Shown here in pieces: positions 11,659-25,189 of a stretch of 64,000 bases of DNA; the stretch's first letter is position 1; each line of letters begins with the position of its first letter. Both the position numbers and the translations under genes were made by a program. Below the pieces are notes generated by a model, which saw only the letters and a list, made by a program, of their open reading frames with translations, made no database searches and was not told where the DNA came from. The DNA lies in contig CM059432.1 of NCBI GenBank assembly GCA_030390025.1, positions 23,562,001-23,626,000 on the forward strand. Direction: 5' to 3'. The DNA is from Squalus acanthias (taxonomy: Eukaryota).

Positions 11659-14600
11659 CATAGAGTCATAGAGTTATACAGCACAGAAAGAAGCCCTTCG
11701 GCCCATCATGTCTGCGCCGGCCATCAAGCCCTGTCTATTCTGATCCCATTTTCCAGCACTTGGTCCGTAGCCTTGTATGCTATGGCATTTCAAGTGCTCG
11801 TCTAAATGCTTCTTGAATGTTGTGAGGATTCCTGCCTCTACCACCCTTTCAGGCAGTGAGTTCCAGATTCCAAACACCCTCTGGGTGAAAAAGTTTTTCC
11901 TCAAATCCCCTCTAAACCTCCTTCCCCTTACCTTGAAACTATGCCCCCTGGTTATTGACCCCTCTACTAAGGGGAAAAGTTCCTTTCTATCTACCCTATC
12001 TATGCCCCTCATAATTTTGTACACCTCAATCAGGTCCCCCCTCAGCCTTCTCTGCTTTAAGGAAAACAACCCCAGCCTTTCCAGTCTCTCTTCATAGCTG
12101 AAGCACTCCAGCCAGGTAACATCCTGGTGAATCTCCTCTGCACCCTCTCCAATGCAATCACATCCTTCCTATAGTGTGGCGACCAGAACTGCACACAGTA
12201 TTCCAGCTGTGGCCTAACTAGCGTTTTGTACAGCTCCCTCATAACCTCCCTGCTCTTATATTCTATGCCTCGGCTAATGAAGGCAAGTATCCCATATGCC
12301 TTTTTAACCACCTTATCTACCTGTCTTGCTGCCTTCAGGGATCTATGTACACGCACACCAAGGTCCCTCTGATCCTCTGTCCTTCCTAGGGTCCTACCAT
12401 TCATTGTGTATTCCCTTGCCTTGTTAGTCCTCCCAAAATGCATCACCTCACACTTTTCAGGGTTAAATTCCATTTGCCACTGTTCTGCCCATCTAACCAA
12501 CCCGTCTATATTGTCCTGTAGCCTGAGGCTTCCCTCCTCGCTATTTACCACCCCACCAATTTTCGTGTCATCTGCGAACTGACTGATCATACCTCCTACA
12601 TTCATATCTAAATCATTAATGTGCACTACAAACAGCAAAGGACCCAGCACTGATCCCTGCGGTACACCACTGGACACAGGCTTCCAGTCACAAAAACAAC
12701 CTTCGACCATCACCCTCTGCCTCCTGCCACTAAGCCAATTTTGGATCCAATCTGCCAAATTGCCCTGGATCCCATGGGCTCTTACCTTCTTGACCAGTCT
12801 CCCATGTGGGACTTTGTCAAAAGCCTTACTGAAGTCCATGTAGACTACATCAACTGCACTACCCTCATCCACACACCTAGTCACCCCCTCAAAAAATTCA
12901 ATCAAATTGGTTAGACATGATCTCCCCCTGACAAAGCCATGCTGACTATCCTTGATTAATCCTTGCCTCTCCAAGTGGAGACTAATTCTGTCCCTCAGAA
13001 TTTTTTCCAATAATTTGCCTACCACTGATGTTAGGCTCACTGGCCTGTAATTCCCTGGTTTATCCCTACTACCCTTCTTGAATAATGGTACTATGTTAGC
13101 TGTCCTCCAGTCCTCTGGCACCTCCCCTGTGGCCAGAGAGGTTCTGAAAATTTGTGTCAGAGCCCCTGCAATCTCCTCCCTTGCCTCACACAGCAGCCTG
13201 GGATACATCTCGTCTGGGCCTGGGGATTTATCCACTTTTAAGCCCGCTAAAACCGCGAGTACCTCCTCCCTCACAATACTAATTTGTTCAAGTATATCAC
13301 AGTCCCCCTGCCTGATTTCTATGCCTACATCGTCCTTCTCCATAGTGAACACAGATGCAAAATATTCATTTAAAACCTCACCTACATCTTCCGGCTCTAC
13401 ACACAGATTGCCACTTTGGTCCCTAATGGGCCCTACTCTTTCCCTGGTTATCCTCTTGCCCTTAATATACTTATAAAACACTTTGGGATTTTCCTTTATT
13501 TTGTCCACCAGTGTTTTTTCATGCCCCCTCTTCACTCTTCTAATTTCTTTTTTAAGTACCCCCCTGCACTTTCTATACTCCTCTCGGGCTTCCACTGTTT
13601 TTAATCCTTTGTATCTGCCAAAAGCCTCCCTTTTTTTCCTAATCCATTCTCGTATATCCCTTGACATCCAGGGTTCCCTGGGCTTGATGGTCCCACCCTT
13701 GACCTTTACGGGAACATGTTGGCGTTGTATTCTCTCTATTTCCTTTCTGAAAGACTCTCACTGCTCTGATGTGGATTATCCTACAAGTAGCTGATCCCAG
13801 TCCACTTTGGCCAGATCCTGCCTTATTAAAATCGGCTTTCCCCCAATTTAGAACCTTTATTTCCGGTCCATCTTTGTCCTTTTGTATGACTACCTTAAAT
13901 CTCACCGAATTATGGTCACTGTCACCAAAATGCTCTCCTACTAACTCTTCTACCACTTGCCCGGCTACATTCCCTAGATTTAGGTCCAGTACCGCCCCCT
14001 CTCTTGTAGGACTTTTACATGCTGGCTCAAAAAGCTCTCCTGGATGCACTTTAAGAATTCCGCACCCTCTAAGCCTTTCACACTCTGACTATCCCAGTTA
14101 ATATTGGGGAAGTTGCAATCCCCTATAATTATTACCCTATTATTTCTACACTTCTCTGAGACTTGCATACATATCTGTTCCTCTATCTCCCCCTGACTGT
14201 TTGGGGGCCTATAGTACATTCCCAGCAAAGTGCTTGCCCCCTTTTTGTTTTTAAGTTCTACCCATATGGCCTCATTAGAGGAACCTGCTAAGATATCATC
14301 CCTCCTTACAGCAGTAATTGATTAATATTGTGACACCCCCTCCCCTTTTACACCCCCCCTCTGTCTCGCCTGAAGATTCTATATCCCGGAATATTCAGCT
14401 GCCAGTCCTGCCCCTCCCTCAACCATGTCTCTGTGATAGCAACAATATCATACTCCCATTTGTTCATCAACACCTTCAATTCATCTGCCTTACTCGCAAG
14501 ACTCCTTGCATTAAAATAAATGCCATCCAGCCTTGCCATATTCCCTTGTGCCGTTACATATTTGCTCTGCCTTCCAGGCTGACTTGTTTTTTCCTCTATA

Positions 14601-15335
14601 TTTGGCTGTGCATTACCCCCTACTATCGCTCCACTCCGTATCCCATCCCCCTGCCAAGTTAGTTTAAACCCCCCCAACAGTACTAGCAAACCTCCCCGCA
14701 AGGAAGTTGGTCCCATTCCGGTTCAGGTGCAACCCGTCCAACTTGTACAGGTCCCACCTTCCCCAGAGATCCAGGAAACTAAAGCCCTCCCTCCTGCATC
14801 AACTCTTTAGCCACGCATTCATCTGCTCTATCCTCCTATTTCTATACTCACTAGCACGTGGCACCGGGAGTAATCCAGAGATTACAACCTTTGAGGTCCT
14901 GCTTTTTAATCTGCTACCTAGCTCCCTAAATTCTTGTTGCAGGACCTCATCCCTCTTTCTACCCATGTCGTTGGTACCAATGTGAACCACGACCTCTGAC
15001 TGTTCGCCCTCCCCCTTCAGAATGCCCTGCAGCCGTTCAGTGACATCCTTGACCCTGGCACCAGGGAGGCAACATACCATCCTGGAGTCACGTCTGCAGC
15101 CACAGAAACGTCTATCTGTTCCCCTTATGATAGAATCCCCTATCGCTATTGCTCTCCCACTCTTTTTCCTCCCCTCCTGTGCAGCTGAGCCACTTGTAGT
15201 GCCACGGACTTGGCTCTTGCTGCATTCCCCTGAGAAACCATCTCCCCCAGCAGTATCTAAAACGGAAAATCTGTTGGAGAGGGAGATGGACCCAGGGGAC
15301 TCCTGCACTACCTTCCTAGTTCTTTTACTCTTCAA
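11659..15335 (-). mobile_element. 5'-truncated CR1 LINE: ORF1 esterase domain plus frameshifted ORF2 (APE endonuclease-RT)
   Basis: ORF1 SGNH-like motifs GDSIIRG, CLPGARV, HIGTND (14799-15335); endonuclease NARS/ITETW/GDCN/SDHN; RT PGNYRPVSLTS, DFSKAFD, GVPQGSVLGP, FADD (12057-13667); 3' tail. Several frameshifts. Confidence 0.97.
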
Positions 15336-15402
15336 CAGGAAGAAACATTCAAACCCTCTACAATATGAATGCTTACTTGAAGCAACAGAAATTAGATAAA
15401 TT

Positions 15403-15955
15403 GGGGGGCGCGATTTTAACCCAACCCACTCAGTGGAAACCGGGCAGTTGGGCTTTGACCAGGAGCTGACCTTTCGTAATTTTAACCTGCTCCACTGAGC
15501 TGCAGCCCAAAGCCAGTGGGGCCCTCTTCACTTATACTTAACGTGTCCCGATGACGTCATCAGAACACGACTGCAATTTTTGCCAGGCCGCTTCAGCGGG
15601 AAGCGGCAGTGAACTTCCCGCCAGACAAACCCAGCGTGAAATCCGATTGTGGCTAAAGAGGCCCAAAAGGATAAGTTTTTAGTTTGATTTTTTTGACTTT
15701 CTTTGTGGAGCAACATGCTACTCTCGGCCCCACGAATAAAGCTGCAATCTTGATCCACCTCTCACTTGTGGGACCCTCAATAGGCAGCCCGGCGGCTCAC
15801 TCCGCCATTCACCTGCTGTCAGCAGGCGGCCTCTGGACCGCGTGACTTTCCATCACGCCCTGCCCGGAATGGGTGGGAAGTCGGCTGGTGGGATTTAAAT
15901 TACTCTGACCACTGCTCACCTGCCTAAAACTGAGCTCAAGTTAAAATTGAGGCCA
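15403..15955. mobile_element. Harbinger-type MITE
   Basis: Imperfect TIRs GGCGCGATTTTAAC / GTTAAAATTGAGGCC; GC-rich interior with TGACGTCA at 15552. Confidence 0.65.
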
Positions 15956-16425
15956 CAGGACTCGCCCATTGTTCCAGATTGTCATGGGTAACTGTTGCAA
16001 TGCCAGGTTCATTTACATATCAATCCTCGCTCTGTCTCAGTGGAGCCATGCTGCAAGAGGACATCTAACCTTGGTAAACTCCCTTTTAAATTAAAATCAA
16101 AACCTTTCATATCCAAGTCATTTCTGTGAAGAAAAAAGTGATCAAACATCACAAAACATGATAACGGGCAAGGAGGCTGCTGCTTAAAGCTTTAATGTGA
16201 AGAGAAAAAAAGGGAGGAATGTTGATCTGAATTTTAGATTTACCTCAGCTCCCATTCAAGGGATAGACTCTAAAGCTTCTGTGGGCCTCAAGTTATCAGC
16301 AATTTCTTGACTATTTTGACTTCTAGCTCTTCTCCAATCTGAGCAAAGCTCTTTGTTTCTTGTCCAGCAATCACATTTCTATCCTTTCTGTTACATTTCC
16401 TCATACTATATGCCTGAATTTATCT

Positions 16426-17025
16426 TCCTTCTTCTTCTTCTTAGGCAGTTCCTCAGAACCGAGGATGACTTGCTTCCACATTAAAAATGAGTTCTCAGGT
16501 GACTGATGAGTCCAATGCGGGACCTACAGTCTCTGTCACAGGTGGAGCAGACGGTGATTGAAGGGGCAGGTGGGTGGGGTGCTTGGGTTGACGTGCGCTC
16601 CTTGCGCTGCCTGCGCTTGGCTTCCGCTTGCTCCCGGCGAAGAGACTCAAGGTGTTCGGCGCCTTCCCGGATGCTTCTCCTCCACTTTGTGCAGTCTTGG
16701 GCCAGGGATTCCCAGGTGTCGGTGGGGATGTTACACTTTTTCAAGGAGGCTTTGAGGGTGTCCTTGAAACATTTCCTCTGCCCACCTGGGGCTCTCTTGC
16801 CGTGCCGGAGCTCCAAGTAGAGCGCTTGTTTTGGGAGTCTCGTATCGGGCATGCGGACAATGTGACCTGTCCATCGGAGCTGACCGAGCGTGGTCAAAGC
16901 TTCGATGCTGGGGATGTTGGCCTGAGCAAGAACACTGATGTTGGTGCGCCTATCCTGCCAATGGATTTGCAGGATCTTGCGGAGGCAGCGTTGGTGGTAC
17001 CTCTCCAGTTCTGGGATCCTCTTCT
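16426..17025 (-). mobile_element. RTE-clade LINE 3' end
   Basis: LERYHQRCLRKIL..LRWTGHIVRMPDTRLPK..GGQRK.FKDTLK..CSTC..HLRTH followed by a (GAA)n tail. Confidence 0.92.
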
Positions 17026-17039
17026 GAGATACCTTATTG

Positions 17040-18960
17040 AACACCGTCTAAAAAATCCATCTACACTATATCTACTGCATCCTCTTTATCAATCATTTTG
17101 CCTTCAAAAAACTCAATTGAATTTGTCAAACACAACTTGCCTTTAACACTTCTGTCTGCTATCTTTAATTAATCCACGCACTTGTAGATGATAACTAATT
17201 TCATCTTGAATTATAGATTCTAAGATTTTGACTACAATTGACGTAAGACTAACTGGCCTACCGTTACCTAATTCTGTCGATCTTGAATAATGGTGTTACA
17301 TTGGCTACTTGCCAGTTCAATGACATGATTTGCATATTTTTCAAGGATCGAAAATTTGTGCCCTGAGTCTCTGAAATCTCTCTGATTTCTTTCAACAGTC
17401 CAGGATATAAGCAGTCATGCTCCTGAGACTTATCTACCTTGAGTTTTGCTATTTTTTTCAGACCCAATTTATTTTTATAGTTATCTCTGATATTGTTTTA
17501 TAACCTCCTCAAGTACACCATTATTCTCACTTCCACCATCCTTTGTAAAAACCAATGCAAGGTATTTAATATTTCTGCCATATCTTCATCCTCCACAATT
17601 TGACGACTTCCTCATCCCTGTGTAGACCTACCTGCCCCATAGCCATTCTCTTACTTTTTACATGCTTATCAAAGCCCTTTCTCTAGCCTTTTTTCATATT
17701 TTGTTTTTGCCCTTCTCGTCTCCCTTTCCACTTTCCTACTGCACTTTCTACATTCCTCATGATTATCTTTTGTATTGTTAGCCCTAACTTTATCATATGC
17801 CTCCCTTTTTAGTTTCAACTTAAATTTAATCTTTCTATCCACAAAACTCTATTGTTGATGCTCCCCCTTTTTTCCATAGGAATGTATTTGTTTTGTACTC
17901 TCTGCTCTCATATTTCAAGATTTGTTGATCTCTCGACCTATTTGCTAACTTTTTGGCCCGGTCCACTTGAGCCAGATCCCTTCTTACCCCGCTTACCTTC
18001 TTTGCCATTTTTCAGTTGAGCACTCTTATCTTTGATTCTTTATTATCATTTTTATTCTTATATTGAGCCTAACTGTGTTGTAGTCGCTGTTTCCCAATTA
18101 TTCTCCTACTTTCTCATCAGTTGCTCCACTCCATTTCCCAGAGCTAAACCAAGAAATGCTTCTGGTCTTGTTGAACTAGAAACATACTGATCTTGGAAGC
18201 AGTTCTGGATGCATTCTAAAAGGCAATCCCGACTTTGATTGCATGCATTACCTTTGTTCCGGTTTATTTTGGATAGTTCAAATTGGCCAATATTGTTGCC
18301 CTGTTGTTCTTCCATATCTCTGGCTGCAGTTGTTCTAGCCTATCTCTGCATGAAAATCTCCCCCTGCTGTCTCATTTCCACTGTTTGGTCGCCTGTAATG
18401 CACACCTACAATTGTACCATTTTCCTATTTATTTCTTAACTCTATTCATATGGATTCTATCTTAACACAAACCTCTAGGCCATCCTTACGTTCTAGCAGT
18501 GATAGAATACTTTAGTGACATTGCCACCCTAGCCGCCTTTTCCTTCCCCTATCTCTCCTGAAAATGTTACAACCAGGCGTATTAAGTTCTAAATCCTGTC
18601 CAAACTTAAGCCACAATCTGTTATATCTATGGTATCATATCCCTCCATATTTATTCATGCTTCTAACTCTCCAATTTTGGCTTGATTGTTTTGTGCATTC
18701 ACATACAAACCATTCAATCCTGACTCCATTTTTTTTGAATATTGACCCTTATTCTTTTTCCTGAATTTGTCATTTAATTTTGTGAAGTCCCTTGCCTCTT
18801 CTGCACCAAGTACTTTTATCTTTCACTGCTTCATTGCCTTTTTCTTTTGCTTTCTCCTCCGAAAATATATTCTCACTATTTATTTCAGTTAAGCCTTCTG
18901 CTCTTCCAACAGCTTTACTAATCCTGTTGCTCCTCCCTCATCTCAAACCTAGACTTTCTC
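17040..18960 (-). mobile_element. Highly degenerate CR1 ORF2 remnant
   Basis: Residual KLKVDKS..LYPGLLKE, WQVANVTPLFK, LECIQNCFQDQYVSSSTR motifs. Confidence 0.75.
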
Positions 18961-21419
18961 CAAACCCCCTACCGTTTTGATTAAAAAAAAAAATTATTAT
19001 TCAGAATGATTTAAAAATACACCTACCAGCTCCCCCAACGACCCATTTGGCAAATGAAGTGTGCAACTGAACCATACAAAGCAGAAGGCTCTGGTCCAAT
19101 TTCTGGGCAGTGTTGAGTTGGACAGTCTTGATTGAGATAACAGTGCGGGCACCACAATTGGCATCAATCAGTTAGGTTAGGGAGGTGAAAATCGGCCCGG
19201 GTTTCTGCTCCCAATCGCTATGCAGTGACCGCTGCTGAAAGTGAGTCGCCTTGAACTTCAAGTGAGGGCCTATGAGGGTAAACTGGCATGCCGGCACTTA
19301 CTATTTATGCTGACCACATGGGTAAGGTGTGGGAGATGATCGGTGCCAATGGAATTGTACTGCAGCATGAGCCAGTGTCTTCAGGAGAGGAGGAGAGAAA
19401 ACTGACAAATGAAAGCACTTCCCCAAATCCCACTAAGGGAAGGCAATCTGGCGTCACAGTAATCAAGTGACATGCTTGTTTTGCAGTGCCTTTCCTGCGA
19501 TCAGAGTGGGCTTTTTGTCTGAATATCTTCAGTTATCGAGATGTAAAATTTCCACGGTCTGCCGCAGAATGAAATGCATCATAATTAAACGATGTATTCT
19601 TTTCTAGTATGTTCTTACAAACCAAGCCAGCTTTCTGCTGAACTGAGGTTATTATTTACACTTGCAGTGCATAAAGTGTGTAGGCAGAGAACTGTGGAAG
19701 CAAAATATCTTCCCACTGTTGACTTCACAATATTACAATGACATGATTTATTGCCAGCCTTAAGACCCACTGGGGAAAAAAAGTCAGTCCCAAATTACCC
19801 TTTCCATCCCCCCACCCCCGGCATCTCACTGCCATTTATCTCCATCAGTCCTGGATACCAACCTTCATTCAGCTCCACCCTTCTCCCATCACCACCATGA
19901 GGAATGGGTCTATCTTAAAGAAATACTACAATTTCGCCCGCCAGGGTGAGTTGGAACTGCAATGTGTCTGTCTTTTCCATCTCCATTATGGGTGAAGTAC
20001 AACACTCGTATATAGATGAGTGGTGCATGCAGTGATGGATGGTCTTCATATTAGAGTCCTGTTTGAGGCAATAGGTCCTGGAACAATTGCAGTGTGTCAG
20101 CATCCTCTGGGTACATTAAATGCATAATGTATCTATCAATGTTAACATACTGTAGGAGCTGTAATGTTTATGGATGCTTTTAATATACTGAATTGATGTG
20201 CTTTCAAAGTGATAAGCTATTTTATTGCATTGGCTGAATCAGAATTCACTTTTCTTTGAAAGCAATGCATAGTAAGCATATTGGAAGCCACTGGATTGTG
20301 CTGAGGCTGACGTCTTTGTTGCTCAATTAATACCCTACTTACCATTATCCTTAAAATGATTTAATTAAAGTGATGTACCCCTTTTGCCAGCCCACGCATG
20401 TTTTATTGAAGATCCTTTTGAACAAGTGAATCTACACAACATAGCACAATATGCGTGCGTGTCTTCTCTTTGTCCACAGTATTATATGCTTTCCTCAATT
20501 CCTGCCTTTTCTATTTTTCCTCACCTTTTCTTTTCCGATCCTAGAAATGCAATGACACTGGTTCAGGCACAGACGCATGGACACCAACAAAATGTTTGTT
20601 TAACTCGTCCAAGTGGACATTCGTCAAGTGTTAGTTTAGAAACTCAACTTCAAAGCAGATTTCTATGTTGTGTGAATTTCCAGGCTTTTTAGATGAATAT
20701 TGTGTTCTTTAAGTCTTCACTTTCGGCTATCCTTGAAAAGCTTCCTGTGACTGTCTATGGCTCTTCCTGTTATTAGCTGCCTGTAGAATACTGTGTTGAA
20801 AGGACCTTCCTCTTGCATTCAGGCAAATGTGGAGAAATGACAAGAGTATGTAGTGAAGATCTAACATAAGCACAGTGGGCAAATAGCCTCCTTCTATGCT
20901 ATAAATTTTGTGATGCTTGCCCAACTGAAGCTTTGCTTGTGTAACCATTACTTAGATGCTGGTCATGTTGGCATGCTGCAGCCACTTGTCACTCTGTATT
21001 TCCACATTACATTAGTGAGATAATCTGTTATTTTGCTGTAATATTTGTCTGTTTCACGTACCGAAGGTAGAGTCCCAGCTGTGCAACATATAAATGTATC
21101 CCAAGCTTCGGGCTGCAGTGCATCCAAACAGGCAGCCGGACGCCACGTTGGCCTTTTTGATGTGACTGTTGGGGTTAGGACATATTTCTTCTGACTTTCT
21201 GCTCCATTATCCCCGATAACAGAGTTCAATTGGAGCGTAATGGAATACTGATGTGAGCAGAGATCATTTATGGTTGATGTCTGCCCATAATATGCATAAC
21301 TCTTATTTCTGTCAGTCATTATGACAGGTGCAGGGAAATTCTGCTAGAAACAGGCGGTATCTTCTGAACAATTTTACGGTGCAGTGGAGTAAGTCAATTA
21401 TGTGCCCGTGCAAAATGAG

Positions 21420-22820
21420 CAACCAACAACAACAACTTGTATTTATATAGCACCTTTAACGTAGTAAAACATTCCAAGGCACTTCACAGGAGTATTATAA
21501 GACACAAAATTTGACACCAAGCCACATAAGGAGAAATTAGGGCAGGTGACCAAAAGTTTGGTCAAAGAGGTCGGGTTTGAGGAGCGTCTTAAAGGAGGAA
21601 AGAGAGGTAGCGAGGCGGAGAGGTTTCGGCAGGGAATTCCAGAGCTCAGGGTCTAGGCGACAGAAGGCACGGCCACCAAAGGTTGAGCGATTTATAATCA
21701 GGGATGCTCAAGAGGGCTGAATTAGAGGAGCGCAGATATCTCGGGGGTGGGGGGTTGTGGGGCTGAAGGAGATTACAGAGATAAGGAGGGGCGAGGCCAT
21801 GGAGGGATTTGAAAACAAGGATGAGCATTTTGAAATCGGGGCGTTGCTTAACCGGGAGCCAGTGCAGGTCAGCAAGCACAGGGGTGATGGGTGAATGGGA
21901 CTTGGTGCGAGTTAGGACACGGGCAGCCGAGTTTTGGATAACCTCAAGTTTACTTAGAGTAGAATGTGGGAGGCCAGCCAGGAGTGCGTTGGAATAGTCA
22001 AGTCTAGAGGTAACAAAGGCATGGATGAGGGTTTCAGCAGCGGATGAGCTGAGGCAAGGGCGGAGACGGGCGATGTTACGGAGGTGGAAATAGGCGATCT
22101 TAGTTATGCTGCGGATATGTGGTCGGAAGCTCATTTCAGGGTCAAATATGACACCAAGGTTGCGAACAGTGTGGTTCAGCCTCAGACAGAAGTTGGGGAG
22201 AGGGATGGAGTCAGTGGCTAGGGAACGGAGTTAGTGGCAGGGACCGAAAACAATGGCTTCGGTCTTCCCAATATTTAATTGGTGAAAATTTCTGCTCATC
22301 CAAAACTGTATGTCGGACAAGTAGTCTGACAATTTAGAGACCGTGGAGGGGTTGAGAGAAGTGGTAGTGAGGTAGAGCTGGGTGTCATCAGCGTACATGT
22401 GGAAACTGATGCTGTGTTTTTGGATGATGTCGCCAAGGGGCAGCATGAAGATAAGAAATAGGAGGAGGCCAAGGATAGATCCTTGGGGGACACCAGAAGT
22501 AAAGATGTGGGAGCAGGAAGAGAAACTGTTGCAGGTGATTCTCTGGCTACGGTTAGATAGATAAGAATGGACCAGGCGAGTGCAGTCCCACCCAGCTGGA
22601 CAACGGTGGAGAGGCGTTGGAGAAGGATGGAGTGGTCAAACGTGTCAAAGGCTGCAGACAAGTCAAGAAGGACGAGGAAGAATAGTTTATCTTTGTCACA
22701 GTCACAAAGGATGTCATTTGCGACTTTGATGAGAGCTGTTTCGGTACTGTGGCAAGGGTGGAAACCTGATTGGAGAGATTCAAACATGGAGTTGCGGGAA
22801 AGAGGAGCACGGATTTGGGA
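21420..22820 (-). mobile_element. L2 LINE 3' portion
   Basis: QSGFHPCHSTETALIKV..LDLSAAFDT, YADDTQLY, HAFVTSRLDYSNALL, LHWLPV; (GTT)n tail. Confidence 0.95.
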
Positions 22821-23159
22821 TTTGGAATCAAATTGCCAGGCAGCTATTGGATGTGGAAGTGATGATTTAAAGGGGAAGACAATGTACTGTTTTTGAAGGA
22901 TGCTTTGTGAGTAATCTTGTGCATCTGTTTTTTTTTAAAAAACCTTTATCTTCTGCCACAGCTCTGGCACTGCCGTATTCATGTTCTACTTTATGTTTTA
23001 GAAATGAGGACAATGGGTTTCCCTGTGAGAATCCTGATCTGATTGTTGCCTGCAGAAAGAGACGGAGAAGCAACAGAGGGATGTAAGGTAGCTGAGGTTA
23101 CACCAGAGATGGACTGCATTTGTTTGTTGCTATCCATCCAACGGCAAACTTAGGCTGAG

Positions 23160-23350
23160 GAGCACTTATTTGGATTTGTCAGAAGAACTCTGTTAATAGG
23201 CTCCAGCTCACTAAGGAGGTAGTGCCAGAATTGGGCTACGTACTGTAATTTGATTTGCAGCCAAACTCCACCACAGGCAAGGCGTTCGCAGAGGCTGTGA
23301 CGATTACAGTAGTCCTTACGTTTTAGGCCTCGAGCTCATTTCAGGCATGC
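23160..23350 (+). pseudogene. Ancient Harbinger transposase N-terminal remnant
   Basis: Broken translation LDLSEELC/RLQLTKEVVPEL..DLQP..AEAVTITVVLTF*ASSSFQ aligns by eye with the transposase at 38900-39090. Confidence 0.6.
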
Positions 23351-24600
23351 TGCCCTGCTGCCACATTGGGAAGGTACCAAACAGGTCAGCCTTCCTTACA
23401 TTCACCGAGTACATCATAATGCCCATAATGAAATAGGGGTCTGGTACTGAACATCCATTGTTGTTAACGGGGAACAGAACTTGAGAGCTGATCTGGAGCT
23501 AAAGAAGTCCCAGAAGTCATGCTAGTGGGTGGGTGACGTAAGAAAACTATTAGGCACTTGGTCTAAGCGTTAAACAAAGCTTTAATCAACTGTTTTCCAA
23601 CATGGAGATCTAGTTGTCCTTCCCTAGTTCCTGTTAAAGAATGTCCTGAGCAAGCTGGGCCCATGCCCGAGTATTTATACTCTCTCTGGACAGCGGCACC
23701 AGCAGGCCGCCCAGTATTATGTCATAAGTCATTTCCCATGAATGACAAGATTCATGTCATTGGGTACTTTGCAGTCGCAGCCTGCCGCATGATGTTCTGT
23801 GGTCCAGAATGCTCCAGAGTGACACTCATGTCTAGCTGAATTCATGCCTCCTACTCGGCCATGGAGATATAATCTATCATCAGAGAGTGACTGAGCACAA
23901 GTATGAGTTGATCAAAGAAAGTCAACATAGAATCTTAGCATGATACAGCACAGAAGGAGGCTATTTGACCCATCGTGCCTGTGCCGGCACTTTGGTCGAG
24001 CTATCCATTAGTCCCACTTCCCTACCCTTTCCCCAGAGCCCTGTAAATGTTTCCCTTCAAGTATTTATCCAATTCCCTTTTGAAAGTTACTATTGAATCA
24101 GCTTCCACCACCCTTTCAGGCAGTGCATGCCAGATCACAACAACTCACTGCGTAAAAAAATTTCTTCTCATCTCGCCCTCTGGTTCTTTTGCCAATCACC
24201 TTAAATCTCTGTCCTCTGGTTACCGACCCTTCTGCCACTGGGAACAGTTTCTTCTTATTTACTCTATCAAAATCGTTCATGATTTTGAACACCTCTATTA
24301 AATCTCCTCTTAACTTCCTCTGCCCTAAGGCGAACAACTCCAGCTTCTCCAGTCTCTGTACATAACTGAAGTCCCTCATCCCTGGTACCATTCTAGTAAA
24401 TCTCTTCTGCACCCTCTCTAAGACCTTGAAATCCTTCCTAAAGTGTGGTGCCCAGAATTGAACACAATACTCCAGCTGAGGCCTAACCAGTGTTTTTTAA
24501 AGGTTTATCATAACTTCCTTGCTTTTGTACTCTATGCCTCTATTAATAAAATTGAGAGGTCGCACAACACCAGGTTATAGTCCAACAGTTTTATTTGAAA

Positions 24601-24638
24601 TCACAAGCTTTCGGAACTATCGCTCCTTCCTCAGGTGA
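24601..24638 (-). ncRNA. Minimal type I hammerhead ribozyme motif (mirror copy)
   Basis: Exact reverse complement of 24835-24872. Confidence 0.85.
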
Positions 24639-24834
24639 AGTAAATTGGATACAGAATCGTCAGAGCATATATAGATGGAAAAAAAAGCATGTGTACTTTA
24701 CAATTGCAGACCAATAAATTAAATCATCCTGACTATCTGCCGAGGTGTGATAAAGATATTGGTCTGCAATTGTAAAGTACACATGCTTTTTTTTCCATCT
24801 ATATATGCTCTGACGATTCTGTATCCAATTTACT

Positions 24835-24872
24835 TCACCTGAGGAAGGAGCGATAGTTCCGAAAGCTTGTGA
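24835..24872 (+). ncRNA. Minimal type I hammerhead ribozyme motif
   Basis: UCAC-CUGAGGA-A-GGAGC(GAUA)GUUCC-GAA-AGCU-U-GUGA: stem I UCAC/GUGA, intact core, 5-bp stem II, palindromic AGCU in place of stem III. Confidence 0.85.
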
Positions 24873-25189
24873 TTTCAAATAAAACTGTTGGACTATAACC
24901 TGGTGTTGTGCGACCTCTCAATTTTGTCCACCCCAGTCCAACACCGGCATCTCCGCATCATGTCTATTAATAAAGCCAAGGATCCCATATGCTTTTTTTA
25001 ACAGCCTTCTCAACTTGTCCTGTCATCTTTAAATATTTGTGCACATACACCCCCAGGTCTCTCTCTTCCTGCACCCCCTTTAAAATGCTACCACTTTGTT
25101 TATATTGGCTCTCCTCATTCTTCCTAGCAAAACGTATCAGTTCACACTTCTCTGCATTAAATTTCATATCTGTCCAATTTAGTTCATTT

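Larger units (their letters stand above)
24551..24962 (+). mobile_element. Penelope-like inverted terminal-repeat insertion with 37-nt tail
   Basis: 12-bp TSD TCTATTAATAAA (24539-24550, 24963-24974); inverted arms 24548-24716 / 24757-24925; unpaired tail 24926-24962; homologous to the PLE end at 1-150. Confidence 0.92.
23926..25170 (-). mobile_element. CR1 3' portion interrupted by a Penelope fold-back insertion
   Basis: ORFs 24116-24412 and 24967-25167 are consecutive CR1 RT C-terminal segments. Confidence 0.92.

Noticed and set aside
24548..24925. MITE or pre-miRNA interpretation of the long palindrome
   Set aside because: The one-sided tail, 12-bp TSD, hammerhead and homology to the GIY-YIG element point to a Penelope product.
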